DNA of 43,847 bases from an uncultured Candidatus Peribacteria bacterium. GTDB taxonomy: Bacteria > Patescibacteriota > Gracilibacteria > Peribacterales > Peribacteraceae. Position 1 is the first letter of the stretch. Each line of letters begins with the position of its first letter. The DNA lies in assembly GCA_964439155.1 (NCBI GenBank), contig CAYTNJ010000002.1, positions 1 through 43,847 on the forward strand, in the 5' to 3' direction. This document shows, piece by piece, positions 32,680-42,221 of this stretch. The notes beneath the pieces are model-generated. The model made no database searches and was not told the origin of the DNA. It saw only the letters and a program-made list of their open reading frames with translations. The translations under genes and the position numbers were made by a program.

Positions 32680-33395
32680 AGTATGCGAAACAGGGGCTTT
32701 ATCGAAAAATCACACCCGTCCTACGGGACGCCGCGTCCGCCCTCTCCGCGCAGCTTCGACACCTCGAAAAAGCCGCCCCGTCCCTCCACAAGGCCGATGA
32801 AGATTCAAAGACGGCCGCAAGCGAGATAGTTTTACAACTCGACCTGTCCGTGCTGGACGATATCGAAGGCGCGGCGGTCGATTCGCTTATTCAGGTGGCG
32901 CAAGACGCTGCCCGCGTATCCCTCAAACAGATGGGCGTGCCTGATGGCTCGCCGGTATTCGGCAAGGCAAGCGCGCGCGCAACTGCATGGGCGCGTGACC
33001 GTGCAGCCGAGCTGGTAACGGAGATCGAGGATGCCACGCGCGATATGCTGCGCACCGAACTGGCCGACGCTATCGAGGCAGGCACCACCCGTCGCGACCT
33101 TGCCGAACGCCTGTCGGATTTTTACGCTTTCAGCGACGAACGTGCTGACCTCATTGCTGGTACTGAGATCGCCTTTGCGAACGGCAACGGGTCGCTTGAC
33201 TCCTACGAGGCGGCCGAGGAGCTCGGCATAAAAGTTAAAAAAGAATGGATACTCGGACCCGATCCGTGCGAGGTATGCCAAGCGAACGCAGCAGCGGGAG
33301 CGATTGATCTGGATGAAGATTTCCCCTCTGGCGATGCCACAAGCCCGGCGCATCCGCGCTGCGAGTGCGCGGTTTCACCGGTGGTCGAAGAGTAG
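32661..33395 (+). CDS. Minor head protein, Mu F / SPP1 gp7-like
   Basis: The C-terminus CEVCQANAAAG...SPAHPRCECA is the MuF-domain signature. It overlaps the portal 3' end in the -1 frame. No obvious SD. Confidence 0.75.
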   Translation: MERQVVKYAKQGLYRKITPVLRDAASALSAQLRHLEKAAPSLHKADEDSKTAASEIVLQLDLSVLDDIEGAAVDSLIQVAQDAARVSLKQMGVPDGSPVFGKASARATAWARDRAAELVTEIEDATRDMLRTELADAIEAGTTRRDLAERLSDFYAFSDERADLIAGTEIAFANGNGSLDSYEAAEELGIKVKKEWILGPDPCEVCQANAAAGAIDLDEDFPSGDATSPAHPRCECAVSPVVEE

Positions 33396-33449
33396 GGTCT
33401 ATGCAAAGACGGCGTTATGCGATAACATTTTATTTAGGGAGTACCCATC

Positions 33450-34799
33450 ATGAAAAAGTTTGACTTGTTCTTTCCGCTGACGAAGGTCGATGTGGAGCAG
33501 CGTCTTGTTTACGGCGTTCTCGCGCACGAGATTGCCGACGGCGCAAAGGAAATTATGGATTACGAAACCTCGAAGCCTGAATTCGAGAAGTGGTCCGCAG
33601 CGATGGAGAAAGCCAGCGACGGCAAATCCCTCGGCAACGTGCGCGCGATGCACGGCAAGGTCGCGGCCGGCAAACTTGAACAAATCACGTTCAACGATGC
33701 GGAAAAGATGGTCGAAGGCTGCGCCAAAATCGTTGACGACAACGAGTGGGAAAAGGTGCTGGAAGGCGTTTATACCGGCTTCTCCATCGGCGGTTCCTAC
33801 ATCAAAAGCTGGAAGGACCCCGCCAACCCCCTGCTGAAACGCTACACCGCAGGCCCCGCAGAGGTATCGATTGTCGATAAGCCCTGCATGCCCACCGCCA
33901 CCTTCAAGATGATCAAGGCCGACGGTGTGGAAGAAGAACGCCACTTTAAGTCCGTCGACTCCGCCGAGCCCGAGCAGGTCTGGAAAGCGAAGGACGGTAA
34001 AACCTTCGAGAAAAAGGCCGATGCCATCGCGCATAACGAAACCCTGACCCCTGCGGTCCTTGAAAAGTCCGAAGCGGAGCAGCTGCTTGAAAAGCTGAAC
34101 GCCGCGCTGGACAAGGTCGAAGGCAAAGCCACGCTGAAGAAGTCCCTCTGGGACGTGTCGCGCTGCGCAAATATTTTGCAAGACCTCAGCTGGCTGGGCG
34201 AGTGCCTGTCCAGCGAAGCATTCTGGGAGGGTGATGGTTCCACGGCCCCTGACGAATTAAAGGGCATCGTGTCCACGCTTGGCGCCTTCCTGAAAAAGCT
34301 GGTCGAGGAAGAAGTGAACGAACTGGTCGGCAGCGCGGAGAAGATGGCCGCCACAGACCTGGTCAAACTCGAAGCCCTCGCGCCCTTCCACGAACTGATC
34401 AAAGCCGCAGCCGACGAGAAGAAGAAAAAGAAAAAAGACGCTGAAGGCGAAGAAACCGACGAAGGCGACGAAGACGCTGAAGGCGATATGGACAAGGCCG
34501 CCGGTGGCGACCTCAAAAAAGTCGCGCAAGAGCGTGATGCCCTGCAAAAGCAACTGGGTGATCTGACCCCCATGCTGCAGAAGGCCCTCGAGCGCATTGA
34601 GAAACTTGAATCGCAGCCGCAGACCCCCAAGGGCTCTGTACGGGCGGTCACCAAGCAGGAGGATACCGCGCTGTCCGGTGCAGCAGGCGAACTCCAGAAA
34701 ACCCTTGAAACAGGTGCCTTGTCTCCGGAACAAGCCCGCAATGGCCTTTACGCCGCGCTGCAGGAAGCGCACGACAAAGGCGCATCTTCAACCAAGTAA
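33450..34799 (+). CDS. Prohead protease (XkdF-like) fused to a scaffolding-type coiled coil
   Basis: The N-terminal KVDVEQRLVYGVL...VRAMHGK...WEKVLEGVYTGFSIGGS fits the XkdF-type pattern (recalled). The C-terminal half is charged and helical, with EKKKKKKDAEGEETDEGDEDAEGD. Confidence 0.7.
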   Translation: MKKFDLFFPLTKVDVEQRLVYGVLAHEIADGAKEIMDYETSKPEFEKWSAAMEKASDGKSLGNVRAMHGKVAAGKLEQITFNDAEKMVEGCAKIVDDNEWEKVLEGVYTGFSIGGSYIKSWKDPANPLLKRYTAGPAEVSIVDKPCMPTATFKMIKADGVEEERHFKSVDSAEPEQVWKAKDGKTFEKKADAIAHNETLTPAVLEKSEAEQLLEKLNAALDKVEGKATLKKSLWDVSRCANILQDLSWLGECLSSEAFWEGDGSTAPDELKGIVSTLGAFLKKLVEEEVNELVGSAEKMAATDLVKLEALAPFHELIKAAADEKKKKKKDAEGEETDEGDEDAEGDMDKAAGGDLKKVAQERDALQKQLGDLTPMLQKALERIEKLESQPQTPKGSVRAVTKQEDTALSGAAGELQKTLETGALSPEQARNGLYAALQEAHDKGASSTK

Positions 34800-34811
34800 A
34801 AGGAGTTAACC

Positions 34812-36335
34812 ATGTATCCCCAAATGGGTCAGGTTTCCAAGGAAGCCCTCGCCCTCATGAAGACCGCCTTGGCGAACCCTCGCCCCGGCCATGAACTCGC
34901 GAAAGCGGGTCTGAACGTCGCCTCGAACATCACGTGGTACGATTTGCGCGCCCCCGCGATGATTCACGTGCCGTTCCTGACTCCGCTTCGCGATATGATC
35001 CCCCGCGTTGCACGCCCGAACCCCGGCCCCATCGCTCATTGGAAAGTGATCGAGCAGCTGGTTGGTTCTGGCTTCAACTCGCAAGGCTGGGTGCCTGAAG
35101 GCCAACGTTCGGGCGTTATGCCTATCTCGGCTGTTGACGCGACCGCTGCTTACACGACGCTCGGTGAAGAAACCGACGTCACGTTCGAAGCGGAATCGTC
35201 TGCGACCGGCCTCGAGGACGCCAATGCTCTGGCAACGTTCCTGTTGCTGGAAAAAACGTTCCTCAAGGAAGAAATCGCCCTGCTCGGTGGTAACAAGTCC
35301 CTCGCTCTGGGCGTTCCCACGATCTCGGCAACCTCCAGCCCCGTCGATGCAACCAGCACCCTGACCGCGACCACCTACTACATCGCGGTCGTGGCCCTGA
35401 CCATCGAAGGCAAGCAGAACTCGACCGTTGCTGCAGGCGTAGCTACGCAGAAAACGGTGACCGGCGCTGATGGAAAGACCTACACCATCAACGGCGGTTC
35501 CTCGAACAAGTCGGCAATCTCCACGCAGGTGGTTTCGGCCGGCGACTCGCTGGTCATGACGGCAACGCCCAAAAAAGGCGCGGTCGCTTATGCTTGGTAC
35601 ATCGGCACGGTCAACGCGGCCGCTTCGCTGTACCTGCAGGCCATCACGACCGTCAACACGCTGACCCTGACCGCTGACCCCGTCACCACTACCCAGACGG
35701 CCGACGCGATCACCGCTGACTGCAGCCGTAACAACGGCACGGGCAGCGGCACGCCTGTGACGGCCTTCGACGGCATGCTGTACTCGTCCCTCAACGCCTC
35801 CAATGCGTACTTCCTCGACAACGCGGGCTCCGCGCTGACGGCGACGAACGCAGGCTCTATCGCGCAGATCGATGATATGATCCTGCAGATGTGGGACAGC
35901 TACAAGGTCGGTGTCTCGAACATTTGGTGCTCTGCAAAGACCGCCAAAAAACTTCGCGACCTGGTCCTGACCAACAACAGCGCACCCTTGCTTCGCTTCA
36001 ACGTGAGCGCGAGCGGCGACGAGATCGCAATCAATGCCGGTGGCACGATTGCTTACTACTTCTCGCCCATCAGCACCTACGGCGGCGCGAAGATTCCGAT
36101 CCGTGTCCACCCGAACCTGCCCGACGGCGTGATCATGGCCTATGCTGACCAGCTGCCCGCTTGGTACAAGTCGAACGCGACCCCGATGGTTGCGCAAGTC
36201 CTGACCCAGCGCGACTATTACAGCATCGCATGGCCCCAGCGCACGCGCGCCTATGAATACGGCACCTACGTTCAGGAAGTGCTCGCAATGTATGCCCCCT
36301 TCGCTACGGGCATCATTTGCAACTTCACGACGTAA
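34812..36335 (+). CDS. Major capsid protein with a large insertion domain
   Basis: Strong AAGGAG RBS, follows the protease/scaffold gene and is followed by a strong terminator. 507 aa. Confidence 0.8.
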   Translation: MYPQMGQVSKEALALMKTALANPRPGHELAKAGLNVASNITWYDLRAPAMIHVPFLTPLRDMIPRVARPNPGPIAHWKVIEQLVGSGFNSQGWVPEGQRSGVMPISAVDATAAYTTLGEETDVTFEAESSATGLEDANALATFLLLEKTFLKEEIALLGGNKSLALGVPTISATSSPVDATSTLTATTYYIAVVALTIEGKQNSTVAAGVATQKTVTGADGKTYTINGGSSNKSAISTQVVSAGDSLVMTATPKKGAVAYAWYIGTVNAAASLYLQAITTVNTLTLTADPVTTTQTADAITADCSRNNGTGSGTPVTAFDGMLYSSLNASNAYFLDNAGSALTATNAGSIAQIDDMILQMWDSYKVGVSNIWCSAKTAKKLRDLVLTNNSAPLLRFNVSASGDEIAINAGGTIAYYFSPISTYGGAKIPIRVHPNLPDGVIMAYADQLPAWYKSNATPMVAQVLTQRDYYSIAWPQRTRAYEYGTYVQEVLAMYAPFATGIICNFTT

Positions 36336-36360
36336 CCCGTCCACGCTTGAAACAATAAAT

Positions 36361-36393
36361 GGCCGGGGGTCTTTGCGATCCCCGGCCTTTATT
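36361..36393 (+). terminator. Rho-independent terminator after the capsid gene
   Basis: GGCCGGGG-gtctttgcgat-CCCCGGCC followed by TTTATT. Confidence 0.8.
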
Positions 36394-36407
36394 CTAAGAG
36401 GCCCCCA

Positions 36408-37220
36408 ATGGCAGATTTAACGACCGTCGCGCGCGTAAAAGAATGGGTCGGCATTCCCGCCGACAAGACCGAATCCGAGCCCCTTATCGCGCGCCTTATA
36501 AGCGCGGTTTCACGCGCCATCCTGAACTACCTGAACCGCCCGAACCTCGCCAAGGCGACCTATGTCCGCAGCTTTAGCGGCGTTGGCAATACGAGCGTCA
36601 TGCTCAAGGACTTCCCCGTTACCTCCATCAACGCGCTGATGGTCGGCGGCGTGAACATTCCTGCGGCCGTGAACCAGACCTCCCTCGGTTATGTGTTCCC
36701 CGCGTGGGACGGATATTGCCCCGGCGGATCCCAGCTGCTGATGCTGCGCGGCTATAGCTTCCCCGTCGGCCAGCTGAACGCGACCATCGAATACGTCGCG
36801 GGCTATTTTGTCGAAGCGGAGGAACACCGGATCCCCGACGTGACCGAATTCGACGTTGCGGTCGATGCCGAGCAGGGCAAATGGTCCAGCGACCTCGGCG
36901 TTGTTTACGAGGCCGACGGCGCGGCGTTTATCAAGGTGGACGAGGACCCCGACGAGGGGGAATATTCCGTTGAGGATGGCGTGTACACCTTCAACGAGCT
37001 CGACGCGGACGTGCTGGTTTTGATCTCTTACAACTACGTGCCGGCCGATATCGAGAACGCGTGCATCGAGATCGTGGGCGAGCGTTTCCGCGCGAAGGAC
37101 CGCATCGGTGTCAACTCCAAGACGCTGGCCGGTCAGGAAACGATCAGCTACACCACGGCCGATATGAACCGCTTCACGCGCATGGCTCTGGACCCCTATA
37201 AGCGGGTGGTGCTGGGATGA
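36408..37220 (+). CDS. Head-tail connector (gp6-like N-terminus) with extended C-terminal domain
   Basis: The N-terminus LTTVARVKEWVGIPADKTESEPLIARLISAVSRAILNYLNR matches the head-tail connector family pattern. Confidence 0.65.
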   Translation: MADLTTVARVKEWVGIPADKTESEPLIARLISAVSRAILNYLNRPNLAKATYVRSFSGVGNTSVMLKDFPVTSINALMVGGVNIPAAVNQTSLGYVFPAWDGYCPGGSQLLMLRGYSFPVGQLNATIEYVAGYFVEAEEHRIPDVTEFDVAVDAEQGKWSSDLGVVYEADGAAFIKVDEDPDEGEYSVEDGVYTFNELDADVLVLISYNYVPADIENACIEIVGERFRAKDRIGVNSKTLAGQETISYTTADMNRFTRMALDPYKRVVLG

Positions 37221-37729
37221 TCCGTTTAGAGTGGGATGGCATGAACAAGATGATGGGGCGCATGAGCGCGCTGCCTGACCGCGTTCACGCTGCCCTGCTG
37301 CGGAAGGTCACGGTGCTGGCCTTGAAAATGGAGGCCCGAATCAAGCGCAAGCTCTCGGGCGAGGTGCTGAACGTGAAGACGGGCGACCTTCGCCGGTCCA
37401 TTCACCACGAGGTCGAGAACACCCCCAACGCCATTTATGGCATCGTTTACAGCACCGGCGGCCGCGATAAGAACCCTCCTTATGCGGCGATCCACGAGTT
37501 CGGCGGCACCATCCAGCACCCCGGCGGCACGCCATACTTCGTGTCGAAGCGCGACGGCCGCGCCATGTTCGTTTCAAAGAGCGCGGCCGTGAGCAGGTAC
37601 CTGCCCGTCACGCGGCCGCACCTGATAAAGATTCCAGAGCGCTCTTACATGCGGTCCACGCTTCGTGATATGAGACAGGAGATAATCGATGGCCTGCGGC
37701 AGGCCGCCCGCGAAGGAGTCAGAAAATGA
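37217..37729 (+). CDS. HK97 gp10-like head-tail joining protein
   Basis: ATGA overlap. TGDLRRSIHHEV and HEFGG motifs, as in the gp10 family. Confidence 0.6.
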   Translation: MIRLEWDGMNKMMGRMSALPDRVHAALLRKVTVLALKMEARIKRKLSGEVLNVKTGDLRRSIHHEVENTPNAIYGIVYSTGGRDKNPPYAAIHEFGGTIQHPGGTPYFVSKRDGRAMFVSKSAAVSRYLPVTRPHLIKIPERSYMRSTLRDMRQEIIDGLRQAAREGVRK

Positions 37730-38169
37730 AGCCCGGCGTTACGCGCGAAATGATCATGGAGGCCCTGTTCACCAAGCTGCAAACCGCAGGCGTGGCGTTC
37801 AAACACTATTCCCGCCGCATGAAGCTGTGGGGAGAGGTTGCCGACGAGCTGAAACCCAGCATGATCATGACCGAACGCCCCGAGGGATGGGTGCGCACCG
37901 GCGAGCAGAACCCCGGCAAAACGACGCTCGAGGTGCTGCTTTTCATTTACATCGTGGACGGCAAAGACCCAGATGCCACCCCGATTATCCGTATGAATAA
38001 CCTGCTCGATGTGGTGGATACGGTGCTGGCACCGCCGCCCCTAGAGCAAAATCAGACACTTGGCGGGCTGGTTTCCCATTGCTGGATCGAGGGTGAAATA
38101 TACAAAGAGCCCGGCGACCTCGACGGCGATGGAATTGCTATCGTGCCTATAAAAATTCTAGTACCATAA
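37726..38169 (+). CDS. Tail terminator / neck protein candidate
   Basis: ATGA overlap. The call rests on position before the tube gene and a size of 147 aa. Confidence 0.5.
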   Translation: MKPGVTREMIMEALFTKLQTAGVAFKHYSRRMKLWGEVADELKPSMIMTERPEGWVRTGEQNPGKTTLEVLLFIYIVDGKDPDATPIIRMNNLLDVVDTVLAPPPLEQNQTLGGLVSHCWIEGEIYKEPGDLDGDGIAIVPIKILVP

Positions 38170-38188
38170 AAGAAAGGGAGAACTCACA

Positions 38189-38938
38189 ATGTTTCTATTC
38201 GGTTCCGGTCAATTATTCGGCAAACGCACGGACGTTGCCAACCCCACCCCGGTGCAGTTCGGCACCATGCAGGACGTGCAAGTCGATTTCGACCGCACCC
38301 TGAAAGAGCTCTATGGCCAGTATCAGTATCCCGAAGCCATCGGCGCGGCGATGGTGAAGATCTCGGGCAAGGCAAAGTTTGCGAAGATCAACGGTCAGGT
38401 CATGACCAACCTGTTCTTCTCCGACACGCTCGGCACCGGCATGCGCCAGTTTACCCCGCTGGGCGAGGCACACCCGATTCCCGCCACGCCTTTCCAAGTC
38501 ACGGTCACGAATGCCGCGGACTTCCTGTCCGACTTCGGCGTTTACTTCACCGCGACCGGCGTGCAGTTGACGCGCGTGGCATCGTCGCCCACCACCGGAC
38601 AATACGCGGTGAACGAGTCGACGGGTGTTTACACCTTCGCGGCAGCTGACACCCTTCTTGCTGTGACCATCTATTACGAATACGAGGTCGCGACCGGCAA
38701 GAGCATCACCATCACCAACCAGCTGCAGGGTACGGCACCCACGTTCCAATGTATCCTGCGCAACAGCTATCCTGCAGGCTCTGCGGCCGAGAAGTCGGCC
38801 ACGCTGCAGCTGAACGCCTGCATCGCGGGCAAGCTGTCCATGCCCATGAAACAGGGCGATTTCACCATTGTCGAAATGGACTTTCAGGCGTTTACCGATG
38901 CCTCGAACGTCTTGGGCTATTTCGGCTTTACCGAATAA
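38189..38938 (+). CDS. Major tail tube protein
   Basis: GGGAGA RBS. Positioned immediately upstream of the chaperone pair and the tape measure gene. Confidence 0.7.
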   Translation: MFLFGSGQLFGKRTDVANPTPVQFGTMQDVQVDFDRTLKELYGQYQYPEAIGAAMVKISGKAKFAKINGQVMTNLFFSDTLGTGMRQFTPLGEAHPIPATPFQVTVTNAADFLSDFGVYFTATGVQLTRVASSPTTGQYAVNESTGVYTFAAADTLLAVTIYYEYEVATGKSITITNQLQGTAPTFQCILRNSYPAGSAAEKSATLQLNACIAGKLSMPMKQGDFTIVEMDFQAFTDASNVLGYFGFTE

Positions 38939-38952
38939 GGGAGACTTTTTGA

Positions 38953-39330
38953 ATGTCCGCAATCGCGCCTATTCCTACCGTCATGCTGGCCGGGGTCGCT
39001 TTCGAGATTCCGCAACTCACCCCGCGCCAGCAGCGGGTCGTCGTTCCTGCCATCATGCGTCTGACCGATATCATGACGAAGCGGGAAGAGTTCATGAAGC
39101 AAATGACCACCGATCAGTTCGATATGCTGATCGATCTGGTCTTCGTCGCATGCACGAAGGCAAAGCCTACGCTGAAAAAAGACGACTTCCTGAACATGGA
39201 AATCACGGTGCGCGAATTGCTTGAGGCGATTCCGCTGATCATGAAGCAAACTGGCATCATGAAAGAAACCCCAGCGGGGGAAGAACAGAGCGCATCGGTG
39301 AACCCGAACTCCCTGACTGGGACGAACTGA
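38953..39330 (+). CDS. Tail assembly chaperone (gpG analogue)
   Basis: Position between the tube and tape measure genes, 125 aa, acidic. Confidence 0.75.
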   Translation: MSAIAPIPTVMLAGVAFEIPQLTPRQQRVVVPAIMRLTDIMTKREEFMKQMTTDQFDMLIDLVFVACTKAKPTLKKDDFLNMEITVRELLEAIPLIMKQTGIMKETPAGEEQSASVNPNSLTGTN

Positions 39331-39548
39331 TCGCTCATTTCTGCACGTCGCTGCCGGGTACCACCCCAGATTACTGGGAGGATAACTTGACGTGGGACCG
39401 CGTCGAAGCCTTCCAGAAATACTGGGTCGATAACCCTCCCACTCACCGCATGGTGCAGTGGTTGGCGCGTTACTACGGATGGGAACCGGCGAAGCCTGCC
39501 AGCATTGAAGAACTCGCCGCTATGTTTCCACAAGGCGTGGTAAAATAA
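38953..39548 (+). CDS. Tail assembly chaperone frameshift product (gpGT analogue, -1 shift near 39271..39280)
   Basis: The -1 frame is open from 39225 to the TAA at 39546..39548 and has no start codon of its own until late. Candidate slip sites are ACC CCA and GCG GGG G. The extension reads ...PDWDELIAHFCTSLPGTTPDYWEDNLTWDRVEAFQKYW... Confidence 0.65.
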
Positions 39549-39561
39549 GGCAGGAGCAAAA

Positions 39562-41616
39562 ATGTCAGATGATCTCGACCTAAAGTTTGGAGCCGACACA
39601 GCGGGCATCGCAGCGGGTGCTCGCGAGGTCATGGATCATCTGGACGGCATCGCTGCCAAGAGCCAAGAGATCCAAGACATTGTTAAGGGGCTGGGCGAGG
39701 CGCTTATCGTCGCCTTTGCGGTCGATGCGATCCGCGACTTCGTGAACGAGATAGTCGAACTGGGCCACGATGCCGAGCGCACGGCCGTGCAGCTGGGTAT
39801 GACCGCGTCCGAGGTTGCCAAGCTGAACGATCTGGCCGACGCTGGTGGTGTGTCGCATGACGAAATGCGCCGCGCGGCCGTGAAGCTGATCGGGGCCATG
39901 AAGGACTCGAAAGACGAAACCACGGAGCAGGCTGCGGCCTTCCGCGCGCTCGGTATCTCGCAAGACCAGGTGGCGGCCGGCATGAAGAACCTCGACGGCT
40001 TCCTGCGCACCGTCGGCGGCCGTATGTCAACGTTTGCGGACGGCCCGAACAAGACCGCCCTTGCTGTTACGCTGCTCGGCAAGACCGGCGGAGACCTGAT
40101 CCCCGTCATGAATAGCATGGGAGATACGGCGCAGCACGCGGGCGAGCAGATGAAATCGATGATGGACGCGAGCATGATCGATTCCATCACCGAAACCCGC
40201 GTCGGCATCGCGGGCATGAACAGCTCGTTTGAAAATACCGGCCTGACCATTTATTCGCAGTTCAAGCCCGCGATTGACTCCGTCGTGAAGGGCGTTACGG
40301 ACCTCGCCAACGGGTTCACCAACAGCGTGCGCGAGGGTGGCGCGATGGCGCACATCATGAACGTGCTGGAGGCCGCTATCAACGCGGTCGTGACCTCCGT
40401 CTATGTGATAATTCAGGCCCTCGGCCAGACGTGGGATATGGGCAAGATGGTTTTTCAGGATCTCGCCACGCGCGCGCAGATGCTGGCCGATATTATCAAG
40501 GCCGCCTTTACCGGCGACTGGGGCGATATCACCGCCATCCACGAAAAGACGATTTCAGACCTCGACCGCATCCATAAACAGTTTGCGAACGATACCGTCG
40601 AGCGCGAAAAGGCCATGAAAAAAACGCTGTCCGATCTGTGGTCGCACGGCACCAAAGGCCCCGCCGAAGGCCGCACCGGCGACGGAGCGAAGACCGACAA
40701 GCCCGACGCGCCCACCATGAATAAGCGCGAGAAGGGCGGGCAGGACAAAGAGATCCAAGCCCTGATGGCGAAATACGACACCATGCAGCAGCTGGCAGAG
40801 AACAACTACGAAGTGGTCATGCAGATCGAAGAGAAGAAACTGCAGCTGCTGAAACGCATGTATGGCGAAGATTCCAAAGAGTACCAAAACGAACTGCGCA
40901 AAAAGATCCAGCTGGAGCAACGCCACCAGCGAGAGAGCGTGCGCAACTGGATGAGTGCGTTCCGCCAAATCGGCAGCAGCTTCAAACAGAGCATTACCGG
41001 CATGATCGACGGCACCATGACGTGGCGCGATGCCATGCGCAACGTGTTCCGTGGCCTGCTGTCGGGCTTCATGGATATGGTCGAAAAGATGGTCATGAAG
41101 TGGATCGAAAAGGAAATGCTGGAAACGGCCGCCAGCACCACCGGCTCGGCCGCGCGCGCAGCTGCGGAAACGACGGCCGCCAGCGCGTCCGGTACCGCCA
41201 TCTTTGCGAGCATCATTAAAAAGATCGTCGGCTTCGCCCAGCAGACCTTTGCGGGTGTCTTCGCGTTCCTGTCCAGCTTCATGGGTCCTGCGGCCGTTGG
41301 GCCTGCAGCTGGCGCGGCTGCGACCGTCTCGGCCGTCGCTGCGGCCGTCCCGTCCTATGACGTGGGTTCGTGGTCCATCCCGCAAGACCAGATGGCTATG
41401 GTTCACGCGGGCGAAATGGTCGTGCCTAAAAACTTTGCTGACCAGATGCGCTCGGGCGGCATGATGGGCGGCGGCGATGGCGGCGGTGCTTTAAGCCTGA
41501 CCATTCAAGCAGTCGATGCGAACAGCGTGGCGCGCCTGTTCAAAAACAACGCAGGCGCCTTGGCGGATGCCCTCAAGCACGCGCACCGCAACCTTAAACG
41601 CGGGATGAAGGTATGA
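39562..41616 (+). CDS. Tape measure protein
   Basis: 684 aa, helical and Ala/Met/Gly-rich, with a C-terminal hydrophobic stretch. In the canonical position. Confidence 0.85.
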   Translation: MSDDLDLKFGADTAGIAAGAREVMDHLDGIAAKSQEIQDIVKGLGEALIVAFAVDAIRDFVNEIVELGHDAERTAVQLGMTASEVAKLNDLADAGGVSHDEMRRAAVKLIGAMKDSKDETTEQAAAFRALGISQDQVAAGMKNLDGFLRTVGGRMSTFADGPNKTALAVTLLGKTGGDLIPVMNSMGDTAQHAGEQMKSMMDASMIDSITETRVGIAGMNSSFENTGLTIYSQFKPAIDSVVKGVTDLANGFTNSVREGGAMAHIMNVLEAAINAVVTSVYVIIQALGQTWDMGKMVFQDLATRAQMLADIIKAAFTGDWGDITAIHEKTISDLDRIHKQFANDTVEREKAMKKTLSDLWSHGTKGPAEGRTGDGAKTDKPDAPTMNKREKGGQDKEIQALMAKYDTMQQLAENNYEVVMQIEEKKLQLLKRMYGEDSKEYQNELRKKIQLEQRHQRESVRNWMSAFRQIGSSFKQSITGMIDGTMTWRDAMRNVFRGLLSGFMDMVEKMVMKWIEKEMLETAASTTGSAARAAAETTAASASGTAIFASIIKKIVGFAQQTFAGVFAFLSSFMGPAAVGPAAGAAATVSAVAAAVPSYDVGSWSIPQDQMAMVHAGEMVVPKNFADQMRSGGMMGGGDGGGALSLTIQAVDANSVARLFKNNAGALADALKHAHRNLKRGMKV

Positions 41617-42221
41617 GCACGCAGGTTTTCCCATCGCTGAAAGGACTCGGCTTCGACTGGCGGCGTAAACCGATCTGGTCGAACATTAACCAGATTGCAT
41701 CCAGCGGCAAACGCTCGACGCTGGCCCTCTGGTCGTATCCCATTTACGAGTGGGAGTTGACGTATGAATTCCTCCGCAGCAGCACGGCGAACCCCGAGTT
41801 CCAGCAGCTGCTCGGCTTCTTCAACGCGCGCGGTGGTAACTTCGACACGTTCCTGCTGGAAGATCCCGACGACTATACCGTGACGGATCAGGGCATCGGC
41901 ACCGGCGACGGCGTGGAGACAGAGTTCCAGCTTGTGCGCACGCTGGGCGGATATAGCGAACCGGTCCTTGCGCCTCATGTGATCACGAATATCAAGGCTG
42001 CAGGCGTGACCGTGGATCCAGCCGATTACACCGTATCGACGTGGGGATCCGCAACACCTGGTCTTGTGACGTTCGACACCGCGCCCGCCAACGGTGCCGC
42101 GCTGACCGCCACCTTTACCTTTTACTTCCCCGTCTATTTCCTTGACCCGAGCATTGATTTTTCGAAGTTCATGGACAAGCTGTGGGAGGCGAAGTCCGTC
42201 ATATTGAGGTCCGAGAAGTGA
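41613..42221 (+). CDS. Distal tail protein (DUF2460-like, RcGTA g12 analogue)
   Basis: FPSLKGLGFDWRRKP...SGKRST...LLGFFNARGGNFDTFLLEDPDDY pattern. ATGA overlap with the TMP gene. Confidence 0.7.
   Translation: MSTQVFPSLKGLGFDWRRKPIWSNINQIASSGKRSTLALWSYPIYEWELTYEFLRSSTANPEFQQLLGFFNARGGNFDTFLLEDPDDYTVTDQGIGTGDGVETEFQLVRTLGGYSEPVLAPHVITNIKAAGVTVDPADYTVSTWGSATPGLVTFDTAPANGAALTATFTFYFPVYFLDPSIDFSKFMDKLWEAKSVILRSEK

Noticed and set aside
34806-36344. 512-aa minus-strand ORF covering the major capsid gene; similar cases at 29879..31123, 26699..27634, 33399..34181 and 40555..41406
   Set aside because: No RBS context, Arg/Gly/Val-rich low-information translations, and each is fully overlapped by well-supported late genes on the plus strand.
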